Assembly (NCBI GenBank): GCA_002269645.1
Contig: NIVC01000557.1
Location: 1 to 64,000 of the forward strand
Direction of reading: 5' to 3'
DNA: 64,000 bases
DNA from: Macrostomum lignano
Lineage: Eukaryota
The first letter of the stretch is position 1. The number at the start of each line of letters is the position of its first letter. Below, piece after piece: positions 47,990-62,490 of this stretch. The position numbers were made by a program, and so were the translations under genes. The notes under the pieces are model-generated. The model did no database searches. It was not told the origin of the DNA and was given only the letters and a program-made list of their open reading frames with translations.

Positions 47990-48890
47990 GAATAGAGAGA
48001 CAGGAGGGTGAGAAATAGAGAAATAGAGAGACAGGAGGGTGAGAAATAGAGAAATAGAGAGACAGGAGGGTGAGAAATAAAGAGACAGGAGGGTAAGAAA
48101 TAGAGAGACAGGAGGGTGAGAAATAGAGAGACAGGAGGGTGAGAAATAGAGAGACAGGAGGGTGAGAAATAGAGAGACAGGAGGGTGAGAAATAAAGAGA
48201 CAAGAGGGTGAGAAATAGAGAGACAGGAGGGTGAGAAATAAAGAGACAAGAGGGTGAGAAATAGAGAGACAGGAGGGTGAGAAATAAAGAGACAAGAGGG
48301 TGAGAAATAGAGAGACAGGAGGGTGAGAAATAAAGAGACAGGAGGGTGAGAAATAAAGAGACAAGAGGGTGAGAAATAGAGAGACAGGAGGGTGAGAAAT
48401 AAAGAGACAAGAGGGTGAGAAATAGAGAGACAGGAGGGTGAGAAATAAAGAGACAAGAGGGTGAGAAATAGAGAGACAGGAGTGTGAGAAATAGAGAGAC
48501 AGGAGGGTGAGAAATAGAGAGACAGGAAGGTGAGAAATAAAGAGACAAGAGGGTGAGAAATAGAGAGACAGGAGGGTGAGAAATAGAGAGACAGGATGGT
48601 GAGAAATAGAGAGACAGGAGGGTGAGAAATAGAGAGACAAGAGGGTGAGAAATAGAGATACAGGAGGGTGAGAAATAGAGAGACAGGAGGGTGAGAAATA
48701 GAGAGACAGGAGGGTGAGAAATAGAGAGACAGGAGGGTGAGAAATAAAGAGACAGGAGGGTGAGAAATAGAGAGACAGGAGGGTGAGAAATAGAGAGACA
48801 GGAGTGTGAGAAATAGAGACAGGAGGATGAGAAATAGAGACAGGAGGGTAAGAAATAGAGAGACGGGAGGGTGAGAAATTGAGAAATAGA
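47990..48890. repeat. 23-bp purine-rich minisatellite (GAGAAATAGAGAGACAGGAGGGT)n
   Basis: Direct reading. Confidence 0.96.
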
Positions 48891-49329
48891 GGTAAGATAT
48901 ACAAAAAAGTTTTGAAAAGAAAAACCACCTTCTAATTTCTAGTTAGTTAAAAATCGATTTCACTTTCTATAATTATGAAGCACAGTTTCTTAACCAACAT
49001 ACGCAGCAGGCTTAATTGCTTACAATATTGCATACCCACCTATAGTCTGTAGTTTGCTTATTGCGTATTTGGTGCAACATCATGCTATAATATTAGAATT
49101 TCCCCGAAATTGCCTATACTTTTCAAGTGAACTTAAAAACATTTTTGAAGACACTTTTTCTCTCCTGCAATCAGAAATCGCTACTTTTTCTTAAAACCAG
49201 CGACCAACTGCAGATGCTCAGTTCAATTTTTAAGAATAAAGAATTACTTCACTGGAGGTCTGAAATGAGATGACTACTGTTCCTGAATTTTGATTGTTTG
49301 AATAATGAATTTGTCCAGCAAACTGATGT

Positions 49330-49745
49330 ACTGTTTGGCGCTAAAATGACAACAAAATGTTTGGCGCTAAAATGACACTAAATGTACTGTTTGGCGCTAA
49401 AATGACAACAAAATGTTTGGCGCTAAAATGACACTAAATGTACTGGTTGGCGCTAAAATGACACTGAATGTACTGTTTGGCGCTTAAATGACACTTAAAT
49501 GTACTGTTTGGCGCTTAAATGACACTGAATGTACTGTTTGGCGCTTAAATGACACTGAATGTACTGTTTGGCGCTTAAATGACACTGAATGTACTGTTTG
49601 GCGCTAAAATGACACTGAATGTACTGTTTGGCGCTTAAATGACACTGAATGTACTGTTTGGCGCTAAAATGACACTAAATGTACTGTTTGGCGCTTAAAT
49701 GACACTAAATGTACTGTTTGGCGCTAAAATGACACAGACTGTTTG
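49330..49745. repeat. 30-bp minisatellite (GTACTGTTTGGCGCT(A/T)AAATGACACTGAAT)n
   Basis: Direct reading. Confidence 0.94.
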
Positions 49746-50299
49746 GCCTTCAAATGACATCTATATCGATCAGTATGCATGGCTACTGGAATCTTTATGA
49801 ATCGAAATCTATAAGTCAGCTGTTTTAAACTTGTTTTGTAAATGTCCCGTCAGTTTAGCCCCGTGCAGCTGATCACAACAACAGCTTGCTTATCTACATA
49901 CGAGCTCGATAGCTGGTAGCTGGGATGATTACGTAACACCCCGCTCTCGCAGTTGCTGTGTAATCCTGTGTTGCAAAAGACAACAGAGAACAAAAGTCGA
50001 ATTCGTGCCTGTGTGCGCGCCAATGTGTGTAGAGCTGTCACAAATATGAAATACCTAGCCTCGATTATATGCAAGTATCTATATGAAAGATTTTTTTTCA
50101 ATAATAGTGAAGTCTGGGCACGAATCTCTTGGCCTGTTGCTATCATAACAGTATCATGTTTTTTTTATCATATACCAGATGATGGATTGCTGGATGCTCT
50201 AGTGCTAGATGGCGATCCTTCGCAACCATTTTGGTGGAAAGATAAATTGAGATTTGCCTTCAGTAATATTAAGGAGAGATGTGTTTTGTGGGCGCCACG

Positions 50300-51125
50300 C
50301 CAAAAAAGAGTTGTGAATGGGGGCGCCAAAACTAAGGGTTGTGATTGGGGGCGCCAAAAATAAGGGTTGTGATTGGGGGCGCCAAAAACAAGGGTTGTGA
50401 TTGGGGGGCGCCAAAAAAGGGTTGTGATGGGGGGCGCCAAAAAAGGGTTGTGATGGGGGGCGCCAAAAAAGGGTTGTGATTGGGGGCGCCAAAAAAGGGT
50501 TGTGATGGGGGGCGCCAAAAAAGGGTTGTGATGGGGGGCGCCAAAAAAGGGTTGTGATGGGGGGCGCCAAAAAAGGGTTGTGATTGGGGGGCGCCAAAAA
50601 AGGGTTGTGATGGGGGGCGCCAAAAAAGGGTTGTGATGGGGGGCGCCAAAAACAAGGGTTGTGATTAGCGGCGCCAAAAAAGGGTTGTGATTGGGGGCGC
50701 CAAAAAAGGGTTGTGATGGGGGGCGCCAAAAAAGGGTTGTAATTAGCGGCGCCAAAAATAAGGGTTGTGATTGGGGGGCGCCAAAAAAGGGTTGTGATTG
50801 GGGGGCGCCAAAAAGGGTTGTGATTGGGGGCGCCAAAAAGGGTTGTGATGGGGGGCGCCAAAAACAAGGGTTATGATTAGCGGCGCCAAAAAAGGGTTGT
50901 GATTGGGGGGCGCCAAAAAAGGGTTGTGATTAAGGGGCGCCAAGAAAGGGTTGTGATGGGGGCGCCAAAAAAGGGTTGTGATTAAGGGGCGCCTAGAAAG
51001 GGTTGTGATTGAGGGCGCCAAAAATAAGGGTTGTGAATCGTGATTAGGGGCACCAAAAACAAGGGTTGTAATTAGGGGTGCCAAAATAAGTGGTTGTGAG
51101 GGGTGCCAAAAACAAGGGTTGTGAG
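50300..51125. repeat. ~25-bp minisatellite (GGGGGCGCCAAAAAAGGGTTGTGAT)n
   Basis: Direct reading. Confidence 0.95.
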
Positions 51126-51584
51126 GCACGCCACTACTAAAACTGAGATTGTGTGAGATGTGTAAAGCTACTCTGAATATCGTATTGAAGCATAAGAATT
51201 ATTATTTATATTATCTAAATACAGCAAATTTACATGTATGAGACTAATATATATTATAATTCAGACTGTCTGAATAATAACTCATTTAGTACATGTACTT
51301 TACCTCTTGGCTTGGCTTTGAGAGAAAAAAGCATGATGCATCGTTCGGGTTGTCAAGAACAAAATACATGTAGATCTGCATTCGATGCAAATTAGCGTGT
51401 TTTGCATAATAATACATTTTGTTATATATAGTAAATGGCCTTGTGCAGTGGGCGTTAGCTATCTTTATATTAGAAGCCAATTGAGAAATACTGTCTGATT
51501 GATGATCGATATTTTTGAGGACGAATTGAATTCCAGTCTCCGACTCCAATTCGATGTGACAGCCTCTTGGTGGGTATAGGCGCT

Positions 51585-52115
51585 AAACCTAAGTCGGCGC
51601 TAAAACCATTTAACTAAATCGGCGCTAAAACCAACTGCCTAAATCGGCGCTAAAGCCAGTTTTCTAAACCGGCGCTAAAACTAGTTTTCTAAACCGGCGC
51701 TAAAACCAGTTGTCTAAAACGGCGCTAAAGCCATCTGTCTAAATTGGCGCTAAAACCAGTTATCTAAATCGGGGCCAAAAACTAGCTGTCTAAATGGGCA
51801 CTAAAACCAGTTGTCTCGGTCTTAATCGGCGCTAAAACCAGTTGTCTAAATCGGCGCTAAAACCAGTTGTCTAATCGGCGCTAAAACCAGTTGTCTTAAT
51901 CGGCGCTAAAACCAGTTGTCTTAATCGGCGCTAAAACCAGTTGTCTTAATCGGCGCTAAAACCAGTTGTCTAAATCGGCGCTAAAACCAGTTGTCTCGAT
52001 CTAAATCGGCGCTAAAACCAAATGTCTAAACCGGCGCTTAAACCATCTGTCTAAACCGGCGCTAAAACCATCTGTCTAAACCAGCGCTAAAACCATCTGC
52101 CTAAATCGGCGCTAA
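51585..52115. repeat. ~25-bp minisatellite (TCGGCGCTAAAACCAGTTGTCTAAA)n
   Basis: Direct reading. Confidence 0.93.
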
Positions 52116-52363
52116 AATCAGTTTCCACTCGTAAAACGGCCCACTGAATAAAGGAGGCAAACTATACGCATGATGCACAACAAAATAAAATGCTTAAAGT
52201 TTTACTGCAAGTAGCAATTTTGGAACGAGCAAGAAATATATACGAGATATATATATACTACAATTCAATGCAAGCCTAGCCGGTTCGCTTATCTTATCTG
52301 TGGCAATTGTGATAACAAAATTAACAGTTAGCTAATGAGACGGGTGTTTTTTATTATTGTCAG

Positions 52364-52412
52364 GTGTCGGGCGCTGGACGAATCAACGGCCCGCTTAAAT
52401 TGGCCCTGCAAG
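52364..52412 (+). other. Candidate 49-nt internal exon
   Basis: T-rich acceptor TTTTTTATTATTGTCAG, donor AAG/GTGAGC, GC-rich body open in two frames (VSGAGRINGPLKLALQ or CRALDESTARLNWPCK). No partner exons established. Confidence 0.3.
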
Positions 52413-52504
52413 GTGAGCAGCAGGACGTGCTGTAGAGGCTGGGGGCAGCAGCTCTCGCCCCGGTTCACGTGACCTGACACTTTCGTCAGCTAGGGAGAGA
52501 CAGC

Positions 52505-53140
52505 TAGGGAGAGAGAGAGAGAGACAGCCGGTGAGGGGAAAGGAAGAGACAGCGGGTGAAAGAGAGGAGAGACTGAGAGGGAGAGACATCGAGTGAGAGA
52601 GAGGAAGAGATTAAGAGGGAGAGAGACAGCTGGTGAGAGGGAGAGACAGCGGGTGAGAGGGAGGGAGACAGCGGGTGAGAGGGAGGGAGACAGCGGAGGA
52701 GAGAGGGAGGGAGAGACAGCGGGTGAGAGCGAGGGAGACAGAGGGTGAGAGGGAGGGAGACAGAGGGTGAAAGAGGGAGGGAGAGACTGAGAGAGGGAGA
52801 GACAGCGGGTGAGAAAGGGAGGGAGAGACTGAGAGAGGGAGAGACAGCGGGTGAGAAAGGGAGGGAGAGACTGAGAGAGGGAGAGACAGCGGGTGAGAAA
52901 GGGAGGGAGACAGCGGGTGAGAGAGGGAGGGAGAGACAGCGGGTGAGAGAGGGAGGGAGAGACAGCGGGTGAAAGAGGGAGGGAGAGACTGAGAGAGGGA
53001 GAGACAGCGGGTGAGAAAGGGAGGGAGAGACTGAGAGAGGGAGAGACAGCGGGTGAGAAAGGGAGGGAGAGACTGAGAGAGGGAGAGACAGCGGGTGAGA
53101 AAGGGAGGGAGAGACTGAGAGAGGGAGAGACAGCCGGGGA
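52505..53140. repeat. GA-rich ~42-bp repeat (GAGAAAGGGAGGGAGAGACTGAGAGAGGGAGAGACAGCGGGT)n
   Basis: Direct reading. Confidence 0.92.
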
Positions 53141-53629
53141 GTGAGAACAAGAAACACAGGCCTTGAATTGTAACTTTCAATTTAGATCACATTTCGCGGC
53201 GAGATTAATAAATTTTGTCCAAGCAAGCCGCAGTCCAGCTCTGCTCTTATTGGTCCACCAACCATGGAGTCTGCAGTGCCCCCGATAAGCGGCACAGGCA
53301 GTGCTTATATTTTTCCTTTTTACTCTGAAAAGCCTCTTGGAGACCACTTTTATTACTCTGAATTTTTCACTGACTCCTACCTACGTACCTTAATAACTCA
53401 ATCTCAAATCTGCAAAAGTAAGGTAAAGGTAAAGGTAAGTTGGCTTTATTTGTAACTGCCTGAAAATTAAGGCGACAGCGGAGAGAGGCAGGCTTTAAGT
53501 AAAGCTCACTGATTGCTGAGCACTGAGCACTCTTAACGCACACACTCGCGCAGGTGTACAGCGGCACTGAATTTCAGGGCATGTACGCACAACTGAGTCT
53601 TGTGGGGAGTGTTGGCTCTCGTGGGCCAG

Positions 53630-54385
53630 CGTAGCTACCTCATCAGCTACCTCACAAGCTAACTCACAGGCTACCTTACTAGCTGCCTCACAAACTACCT
53701 CATCAGCTACCTCACAAGCTAACTCACAGGCTACCTTACTAGCTGCCTCACAAACTACCTCATCAGCTACCTCACTAGCTACACCACAAGCTACCTCACC
53801 GGCTACCTCACAATTTACCTCACAAGCTACCTCACAATTTACCTTACCGGCTACCTTACAAGCTACCTCTTTGGCTACCTCACAAGCTAACTCACAGGCT
53901 ACCTTACTAGCTACCTCACAAGCTACCTCACCGGCTACCTCACAAGCTACCTCACAAGCTACCTCACCGGCTACCTTACAAGCTACCCCACAAGCTATCT
54001 CACCGGCTACCTCACCGGCTACCTTACAAGCTACCTCTTTGGCTACCTCACAAGCTAACTCACAGGCTACCTCACAAGCTACCTCACCGGCTACCTCACA
54101 AGCTACCTCACAAGCTACCTCACCGGCTACCTCACAGGCTACCTCACAAGCTACCTCACCGGCTACCTTACAAGCTACCCCACAAGCTATCTCACCGGCT
54201 ACCTCACCGGCTACCTTACAAGCTACCTCTTTGGCTACCTCACAAGCTAACTCACAGGCTACCTTACTAGCTACCTCACAAACTATCTCACAAGCTACCT
54301 CACAAGCTACCTCACCGGCTACCTCACAAGCTATCTCACAAACTACCCCACAAGCTATCTCACCGGCTACCTCACAAGCTACCTC
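53630..54385. repeat. 12-bp minisatellite GCTACCTCAC(AA/CG), ~60 copies
   Basis: Direct reading; produces the EVAC-repeat and ATSQ-repeat ORFs. Confidence 0.95.
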
Positions 54386-54824
54386 CATGACGCTTTAAAA
54401 GCTTTAAAAGAAAATTTCTATGCGCCATAAAGATTTCCATAGCCAGCCTCAAACAAAGCTCATCTCAAGTACCCCAATCGGACTGATTATATTTGCAAAT
54501 TTCATGACCATCTGTAGTTAAATCTTTAGGAAAGAATTCTACCGTCCGTCCATCAATGGAATTAATTTTTCAAGCCTTGTGAGGGAGCAGATGCAATGCC
54601 GGCTTAGAAATAAATAAATGAAATAAATAGAGAATATCCTAGAAGACACAGATAGGAGCTTAAAGCAACGAAGAAAGAGGGAGGGGTAGAGCAGTCTGAC
54701 ACTTGCGTGTGAGACTGGGCCACCTGCTGCCCATGCAGTGCTGCTTCACGCATTTGTGCTCGGGTCCCAGAATTTAGGCCACTGTGTTTTTGCAAATCTG
54801 CGGATATGAAAGCTATAAGCCTAA

Positions 54825-56101
<1,277 letters not shown>

Positions 56102-56841
56102 GTTCGCAAGGCACAATGCCCTATATCTATTAGAGCCAAAGCACTTAGCGGTTGAGAGCCCCTATCAAAGGGGTGTTTTGTCCCTAATGCTAGTTAATAC
56201 AGTAATAAACCCAGTTTCATTGATCTACATTCTGCGGCAACACTTCCGTCACCCTTGAGCCGTCAGAGCCGTGAACTGTAGCTGGATAGAGACTCAGCTG
56301 ATTTATGCTGCTCACGTCTTCTTTCACTATATTCTCTGACTTTTCCGGGTTTTTGTGTGACAGAACACAGAATAATCTGAGCTGATCCAGTGAGCAGAGG
56401 ACTAATCTTCATTCCCTGTTCAATAGGCCGAGGCTCTCTCTCTAAACCCTATTTCTCTAAACTCTAGATATGAAATCGATTTTGCTCAAACTATGGTCAT
56501 ATAAAGCTTTATTAGGTACAACACGAATTGAAAAAGTTGAAGTTGTTCAACAAAGGAAGGCTTTTCGAGGCATAATGAGACATTCGACAGACAGACAGAC
56601 AGACTAAAGTCTGTCATGAGACAGAATATAAAACGCAAAACGCAGAATGCAATTTAGGCACAGAATTTAGACAGCGTGTAAATTTTTCTGTTTAACTACG
56701 TGGATTTTACTCAAGCCAAGTTAACTTCGTGATCTAGTTTAGTTGGTTTTACCTATTAGAGGGTAACTGCCGCGAATCTAAAGGCGAAAGTCGACCCGCA
56801 GACAGCAAGGAGGTAACAAGCGTGCAGGCACATACTCATTC

Positions 56842-59120
56842 GATCTAGTATTAAGGCGCCAGATCTAGTATCGAGGCGCTAGATCTAGTATCGAGGCGCT
56901 AGATCTAGTATCGAGGCGCCAGATCTAGTATCGAAGCGCCAGACCTAGTATCCAGGCGCCAGATCTAGTATCAAGGCGCCAGATCTAATATCGAGGCACC
57001 AGATCTAGTATCGAGGCGCCAGATCTAGTATCGAGGCGCCAGATCTAGTATCGAGGCGCTAGATCTAGTATCGAGGCGCCAGATCTAGTATCGAGGCGCC
57101 CAATCTAGTATCGAGGCGCCAGATCTAGTATCGAGGCGCTAGATCCAGTATCGAGGCGCCAAATCCAGTATCGAGGCGTCAGATCTAGTATCGAGGCGCT
57201 AGATCTAGTATCGAGGCGCTAGATCTAGTATCGAGGCGCTAGATCTAGTATCGAAGCGCCAGACCTAGTATCCAGGCGCCAGATCTAGTATCGAGGCACC
57301 AGATCTAGTATCGAGGCGCCAGATCTAGTATCCAGGCGCCAGATCTAGTATCGAGGCGCCAGATCTAGTATCCAGGCGCCAGATCTAGTATCCAGGCGCC
57401 AGATCTAGTATCGAGGCGCACAGATCTAGTATCCAGGCGCCAGATATAGTATCGAGGCGCCAGATCTAGTATCGAGGCGCCAGATCTAGTACCGCTATCT
57501 CATTTCCATTGGTGCCGTACAAAAAACACTAGCTTCTGCTAAGGCATCAAATCTCGGACACTTCGCGAGCGTGAATCGCACGACAGTAGTTCTTCCCCTG
57601 CTGGCCAATGCACGAGAGCTGCATAATTAATGCGGCTATGGTCGCACGGAATCGAGCTCGGGTGCCTTCCTTCCTTATTGATTTTTAGCCAGCAGCAATG
57701 CATTCTCGAACCTCATTAAAATTTTTAATAAAAAAGTCGCCTTTCTCTCCAACAAGTGCAAGCGTCAGATTACCATCCATTGCATAGGCGCTGAACATGG
57801 ATTTTGTTTAAATGAACACGCCCATTTTCACTGCGCATTGCATTTTGAAACCGCAATTGCATTAGGAAATGTATAACTACCAAATTTTTAATAGAATTTC
57901 TAGACTTGGGAGTTAATCAGCTCTTCACTTACAATATAGACTGGGCCTTAACAATGTGCCTGGAGTTGCGTTGCAGTGGCTTGAATTAAAAATATGCTGA
58001 ATGCAGTTGAGATCGGTTCGAGTGCCTGCATCGGTTGGAGTGGATATCATGTGAATTTCTTTAAAAGGATTGTACCTCTCAGGGTAATTGAGAAATTCTA
58101 TGCTTTTTGGGGACGGATTTGTCTCCCAAATAAATATGAAAGATGCCAAATGAAACGATACTAGCTCTGGCTCTCTGATGCTGGGTCTGGCGCCCCTTGA
58201 TACTAGATTTAGCGCCTTCATGCTAGATCTGGAGCCTCGATACTAGATCTGGAGCCTTGATAGTAGATCTGGCGCTTCGATACTAAATCTGGAGCCTCGA
58301 TACTAGATCTAGCGCCTCGATACTAGATCTGGCGCCTCAATACTAGATCTAGCGCCTTGATACTAGATTGGGCGCCTTGATACTAGATCTGGCGCCTCGA
58401 TGCTAGATGTACGAGCTAGCGCCTCGATACTAGATCTAGCGCCTCGATGCTAGATGTAGCGCCTCAATACTAGATGTAGCGCCTCGATGCTAGATGTAGC
58501 GCCTCAATACTAGATGTAGCGCCTCGATACTAGATGTAGCGCCTTGATGCTAAATCTGGCGCCTCGATACTAGATCTGGCGCCTCGATGCTAGATCCAGC
58601 GCTTGGATGCTAGAACTAGCGCCTCGATGCTAGATCTGGCGCCTCGATACTACATCTGAGATCTAGCGCCTCGATGCTAGATCTAGCGTCTCGATTCTAG
58701 GTCTAGCGCCTTGATACTAAAGATCTAGCGCCTGGATTTTAGATCTGGCGCCTCAATACTCGATCTGGCTCCTCGATACTAGATCTAGCGCCTCAATACT
58801 AGATCTAGCGCCTTGATGCTAGATCTGGCGAATCGATACTAGATCTAGCGCCTCAATACTAGATCTAGCGCCTCGATAGTAGATCTAGCGCCTCGATAGT
58901 AGATCTAGCGCCTCGATAGTAGATCTAGCGCCTCGATAGTAGATCTAGCGCCTCGATAGTAGATCTAGCGCCTCGATAGTAGATCTAGCGTCTTGATGCT
59001 AGATCTAGCGACTTGATGCTAGATCTGGCGACTCGATACTAGATCTAGCGCCTTGATGCTAGATGTGGCGCCTCGATACTAGATCCAGCGCCTCGATTTT
59101 GGGTTTGGCGCTCCGATGCT
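56842..59120. mobile_element. Foldback-like structure: two inverted arrays of one 20-bp unit around a ~670-bp spacer
   Basis: 56842-57491 (AGATCTAGTATCGAGGCGCC)n on plus; ~58157-59100 is the reverse complement (GGCGCCTCGATACTAGATCT)n. Outer TIR and TSD not identified. Confidence 0.7.
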
Positions 59121-59299
59121 AGATTAGGTGTAAACTAGCACCGGCACTAGGTCTGGCGGTCTCAAATTAGAGCTTGCGCACTGAAACTAAAATTTAAAAT
59201 TATCTTTTATAAGTGCTTAAATACTTCTCTATCCGACCCCCGCCCAGCAGACAACAACACCTCGGTACACTTTAGCGCCATCGGACAAGATCCAAAAGC

Positions 59300-60634
59300 A
59301 TGAGCCCATTGTTGGACACGGCAACCACGGCAGCAACAACAGTCGATTGGGCATGGAAACGCAACTTCTACGAGCTGGTGTTCAACTATCTTCCTCCGGC
59401 ACTGTTGGCATTCGGTCTGGCATCGAATACCTGCGCTTTCCTGGTGCTTATGCGACCTAAGATGCGTTTTCTAGTTGTTCACCTGCCACTATTGGTTCTG
59501 TCTGTAGTTGACTCGATCGCTCTGCTCACCGGACTATTGCGTCATTGGTTACGGAAAGCGACGTATTTAGTAGCGGTGGGCGATTTAGATCCTCAAGCTA
59601 CGTCGCAGACTAGTTGCAAGCTGTTAGAGCTGCTGCTGTACCTCAGTCTGATGTATTCCTCCTGGCTAGTGACCCTGATCTCTGTTGAACGCTACGTAAC
59701 CGTCTGTGTACAGCAGCAGAGTCGAGTTCGAGCTTTCCTTATCTCCCGCCGGGGACTCTGTTGGACAATGTGCTCAGGATTTATCGCCTTGCTCGGCGTT
59801 AATCTGCACTTCTTGGCCACTAGAGGCCTAGTATTGCCAGGGCCGGACAATAACCAGACGTCCACAACAGAATCAGTCACCGTTGAAGATAAGGTCGTCA
59901 TTGAAGACGACAAGGATGCCGTCTGTAGAAATCTAGACCAGCACGAATTCTTTGTTGAAACAGTGTTCCCGATGTTAGACCTCACCTTTACCGCTTTCGT
60001 GCCGTTTCTAGTGATTGCGACTTGCAATATTAAAATAGTTTGCAAGCTGCGCGACGTTAGAAAGAATTCCGGTCTGAGCGCAAGTCAGAGCGCCTTTGGA
60101 GGCTATCGAACTACGGTGATGCTGCTGCTCACTACTTTTGTATTCATTGCATTAACGGCGCCTGTGAAGATCTACCTAACAGTGATTGGAGGCTCTCAAC
60201 CCAGCGGATTAGATGCCAAGTCGGATCCCAACAGGTTCTATTCCCATCGGGTAGTTTGGTCCATCATGATTGCGCTGCAGTTCGCCAATCATTGCTGCAA
60301 TTTCCTACTTTACTGCGCCAGCAATCCGAAGTTTCGCAGCGAAGCTGTTGGACTTTTCTCAACTTGCTGCTTCTGCTGCAGCGGCAGGCGTTGCAGTTGC
60401 TGCTTTTGCAGACTCAACGACGGTAGCAATTATCGGAATCAGCGAGCTCTAAGCTACTTGAGCCCGGATGGCTCTGCTGACGAACAACTGGAGGAGCAGC
60501 GTCAGAGACGGCGTCAAGACAGTCTGCAATTCCATGGACAAGAATTGTCGGCAACTTACTCTGGGCCAGCTTGTACCAACGACAACGACATGCCAATGCG
60601 ATCAAGGGCGCCCACTGTTCAGTCTGACCACTAA
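59300..60634 (+). CDS. Class A (rhodopsin-like) GPCR, peptide/FMRFamide-receptor-like; intronless, 444 aa
   Basis: Seven hydrophobic segments; TM1 GLASN, TM2 LSVVD, TM3 CK..SSWLVTLISVERY, TM5 VPF.VIATCN, TM6 VF..LTAP, TM7 NHCCNFLLY, Cys-rich tail. Ligand class is an inference. Confidence 0.93.
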   Translation: MSPLLDTATTAATTVDWAWKRNFYELVFNYLPPALLAFGLASNTCAFLVLMRPKMRFLVVHLPLLVLSVVDSIALLTGLLRHWLRKATYLVAVGDLDPQATSQTSCKLLELLLYLSLMYSSWLVTLISVERYVTVCVQQQSRVRAFLISRRGLCWTMCSGFIALLGVNLHFLATRGLVLPGPDNNQTSTTESVTVEDKVVIEDDKDAVCRNLDQHEFFVETVFPMLDLTFTAFVPFLVIATCNIKIVCKLRDVRKNSGLSASQSAFGGYRTTVMLLLTTFVFIALTAPVKIYLTVIGGSQPSGLDAKSDPNRFYSHRVVWSIMIALQFANHCCNFLLYCASNPKFRSEAVGLFSTCCFCCSGRRCSCCFCRLNDGSNYRNQRALSYLSPDGSADEQLEEQRQRRRQDSLQFHGQELSATYSGPACTNDNDMPMRSRAPTVQSDH

Positions 60635-60894
60635 AAACAATGTGGACATTGGCACCGATTATTTACACAATCGACGCTTTAATAGGCATCCTTTTTATGT
60701 TTACTTTGGTATCTACGAGCACTGCTTTTTTCGACAGTGTTGATATTATTTATCAGTCTAATTCTTTTCTGTTTTAGACACAGTTTGTTTGCTTATGAGT
60801 AACGTCTGCATAAACTCAGATCGAGTCTTTTTCTCTTTACCAAAATAATCAGTTCATTAGTTTTCTAGACATTTTTAGTTTTTGCTGTGATACT

Positions 60895-61460
60895 CTGCTG
60901 ACAATTTTCAGATCGCAGGCTCGTCTTTTCTGACAATTTCAGATTGTCAGGCCTGTCTTTTCTGAAATTCCAAATCGTTAGGTCTGTCTTTTCTGAGAAT
61001 TTCAGATCGTCAGACCCGTCTTTTCTGACAATTCCAAATCGTTAGGTCTGTCTTTTCTGACAATTCTTAGATCGTCAAGTCTGTCTTTTCTGACAATTTC
61101 AGATCGTCAGGCCTGTCTTTTCTGACAATTTCAGATCGTCAGGCCTGTCTTTTCTGACAATTTCAGATCGTCAGGCCTGTCTTTTCTGACAATTTCAGAT
61201 TGTCAGGCCTGTCTTTTCTGACAATTTCAGATCGTCAGGCCCGTCTTTTCTGACAATTCCAGATCCTCAGGTCTGTCTTTTCTAACAATTTAGATCGTCA
61301 GGTCTGTCTTTTCTGACAATTCCAGATCGTCAGGCCTGTCTTTTCTAACAATTTAGATCGTCAAGCCTGTCTTTTCTGACAATTTCAGATCGTGAGGTCT
61401 ATCTTTTCTGACATTCCAGATCGTCAGGCCCGTCTTTTCTGACAATTTTCAGTTTGTTAA
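60895..61460. repeat. ~32-bp minisatellite (TTTTCTGACAATTTCAGATCGTCAGGCCTGTC)n
   Basis: Direct reading. Confidence 0.94.
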
Positions 61461-61959
61461 GTCTATTTTTGTTGACGCTTCTCAGATAGTCAGGTCCCTG
61501 TTTGCTGATAACAGTTTAAGGCATTTCACTTCGAATAAACTATACGAGTAGAGGAAAAGCTGACCCCCCCCCAAGTTCCGTAAAGCAAAAATTCCCCCAA
61601 AATTACCATGCAATAAGATTTCCTCACTGGAAACCTTAGGCTTGTAAAGTACAGAAAAAAATTTATGGCACATATGGTCTCCTTTCTAGACAAATGATTC
61701 ATAATCCAGTTAAATTCCTTACTATAGCTCTATTTCGTTGGGTGACTCAAATAACCAGAGAATTTCATTGAAAATACCCCACTCATTCTCCTCAATAGTA
61801 AAACTTTCCTGTTGTTAACGTTCTATGAATTGGACTCAAGCGATTACATATACTGCACAAGTCCAACACAATCTACATTGTAAATAACCACCTTTCTCAG
61901 TGCATGAACACGACTTTCGTTATTCTTTGATTCAATTGAGAAGGCATTGAGAAGATGCC

Positions 61960-62490
61960 CCAACCTCAGAACCATGACAACCTAACTTCGAACCATGACA
62001 CCCTAACTTCGAACCATGACACCCTAACCTCGAACCATGATACTCCAACATCAGAACAAACATACATCACATCGAACCAAGACACCTGAACGCCCCAACC
62101 TCAGAACCAAGATGCCCCAACCTCAGAACCAAGACACCCCAACCTCAGAACCAAGACAACCCAACCTCAGAACCAAGATGCCCCAACCTCAGAACCAAGA
62201 CACCCCAACCTCAGAACCAAGACAACCCAACCTCAGAACCAAGATGCCCCAACCTCAGAACCAAGACACCCCAACCTCAGAACCAAGACAACCCAACCTC
62301 AGAACCAAGACACCCCAACCTCAGAACCAAGACAACCTAACCTCAGAAGCAAGAAACCCCAACCTCAGAACTAAGACCCCCCAACCTCAGAACCAAGATG
62401 CCCCAACCTCAGAACCAAGACACCCCAACCTCAGAACCAAGAAACCCCAACCTCAGAACCAAGAAACCCCAACCTCAGAACCAAGACATC
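61960..62490. repeat. 21-22-bp minisatellite (CCCCAACCTCAGAACCAAGACA)n
   Basis: Direct reading. Confidence 0.94.

Noticed and set aside
53495-54398. 297-aa EVAC-repeat and 175-aa ATSQ-repeat ORFs (antifreeze- or mucin-like appearance)
   Set aside because: A 12-bp unit stays in frame automatically; both strands are open; no signal peptide and no synonymous-site pattern evident.
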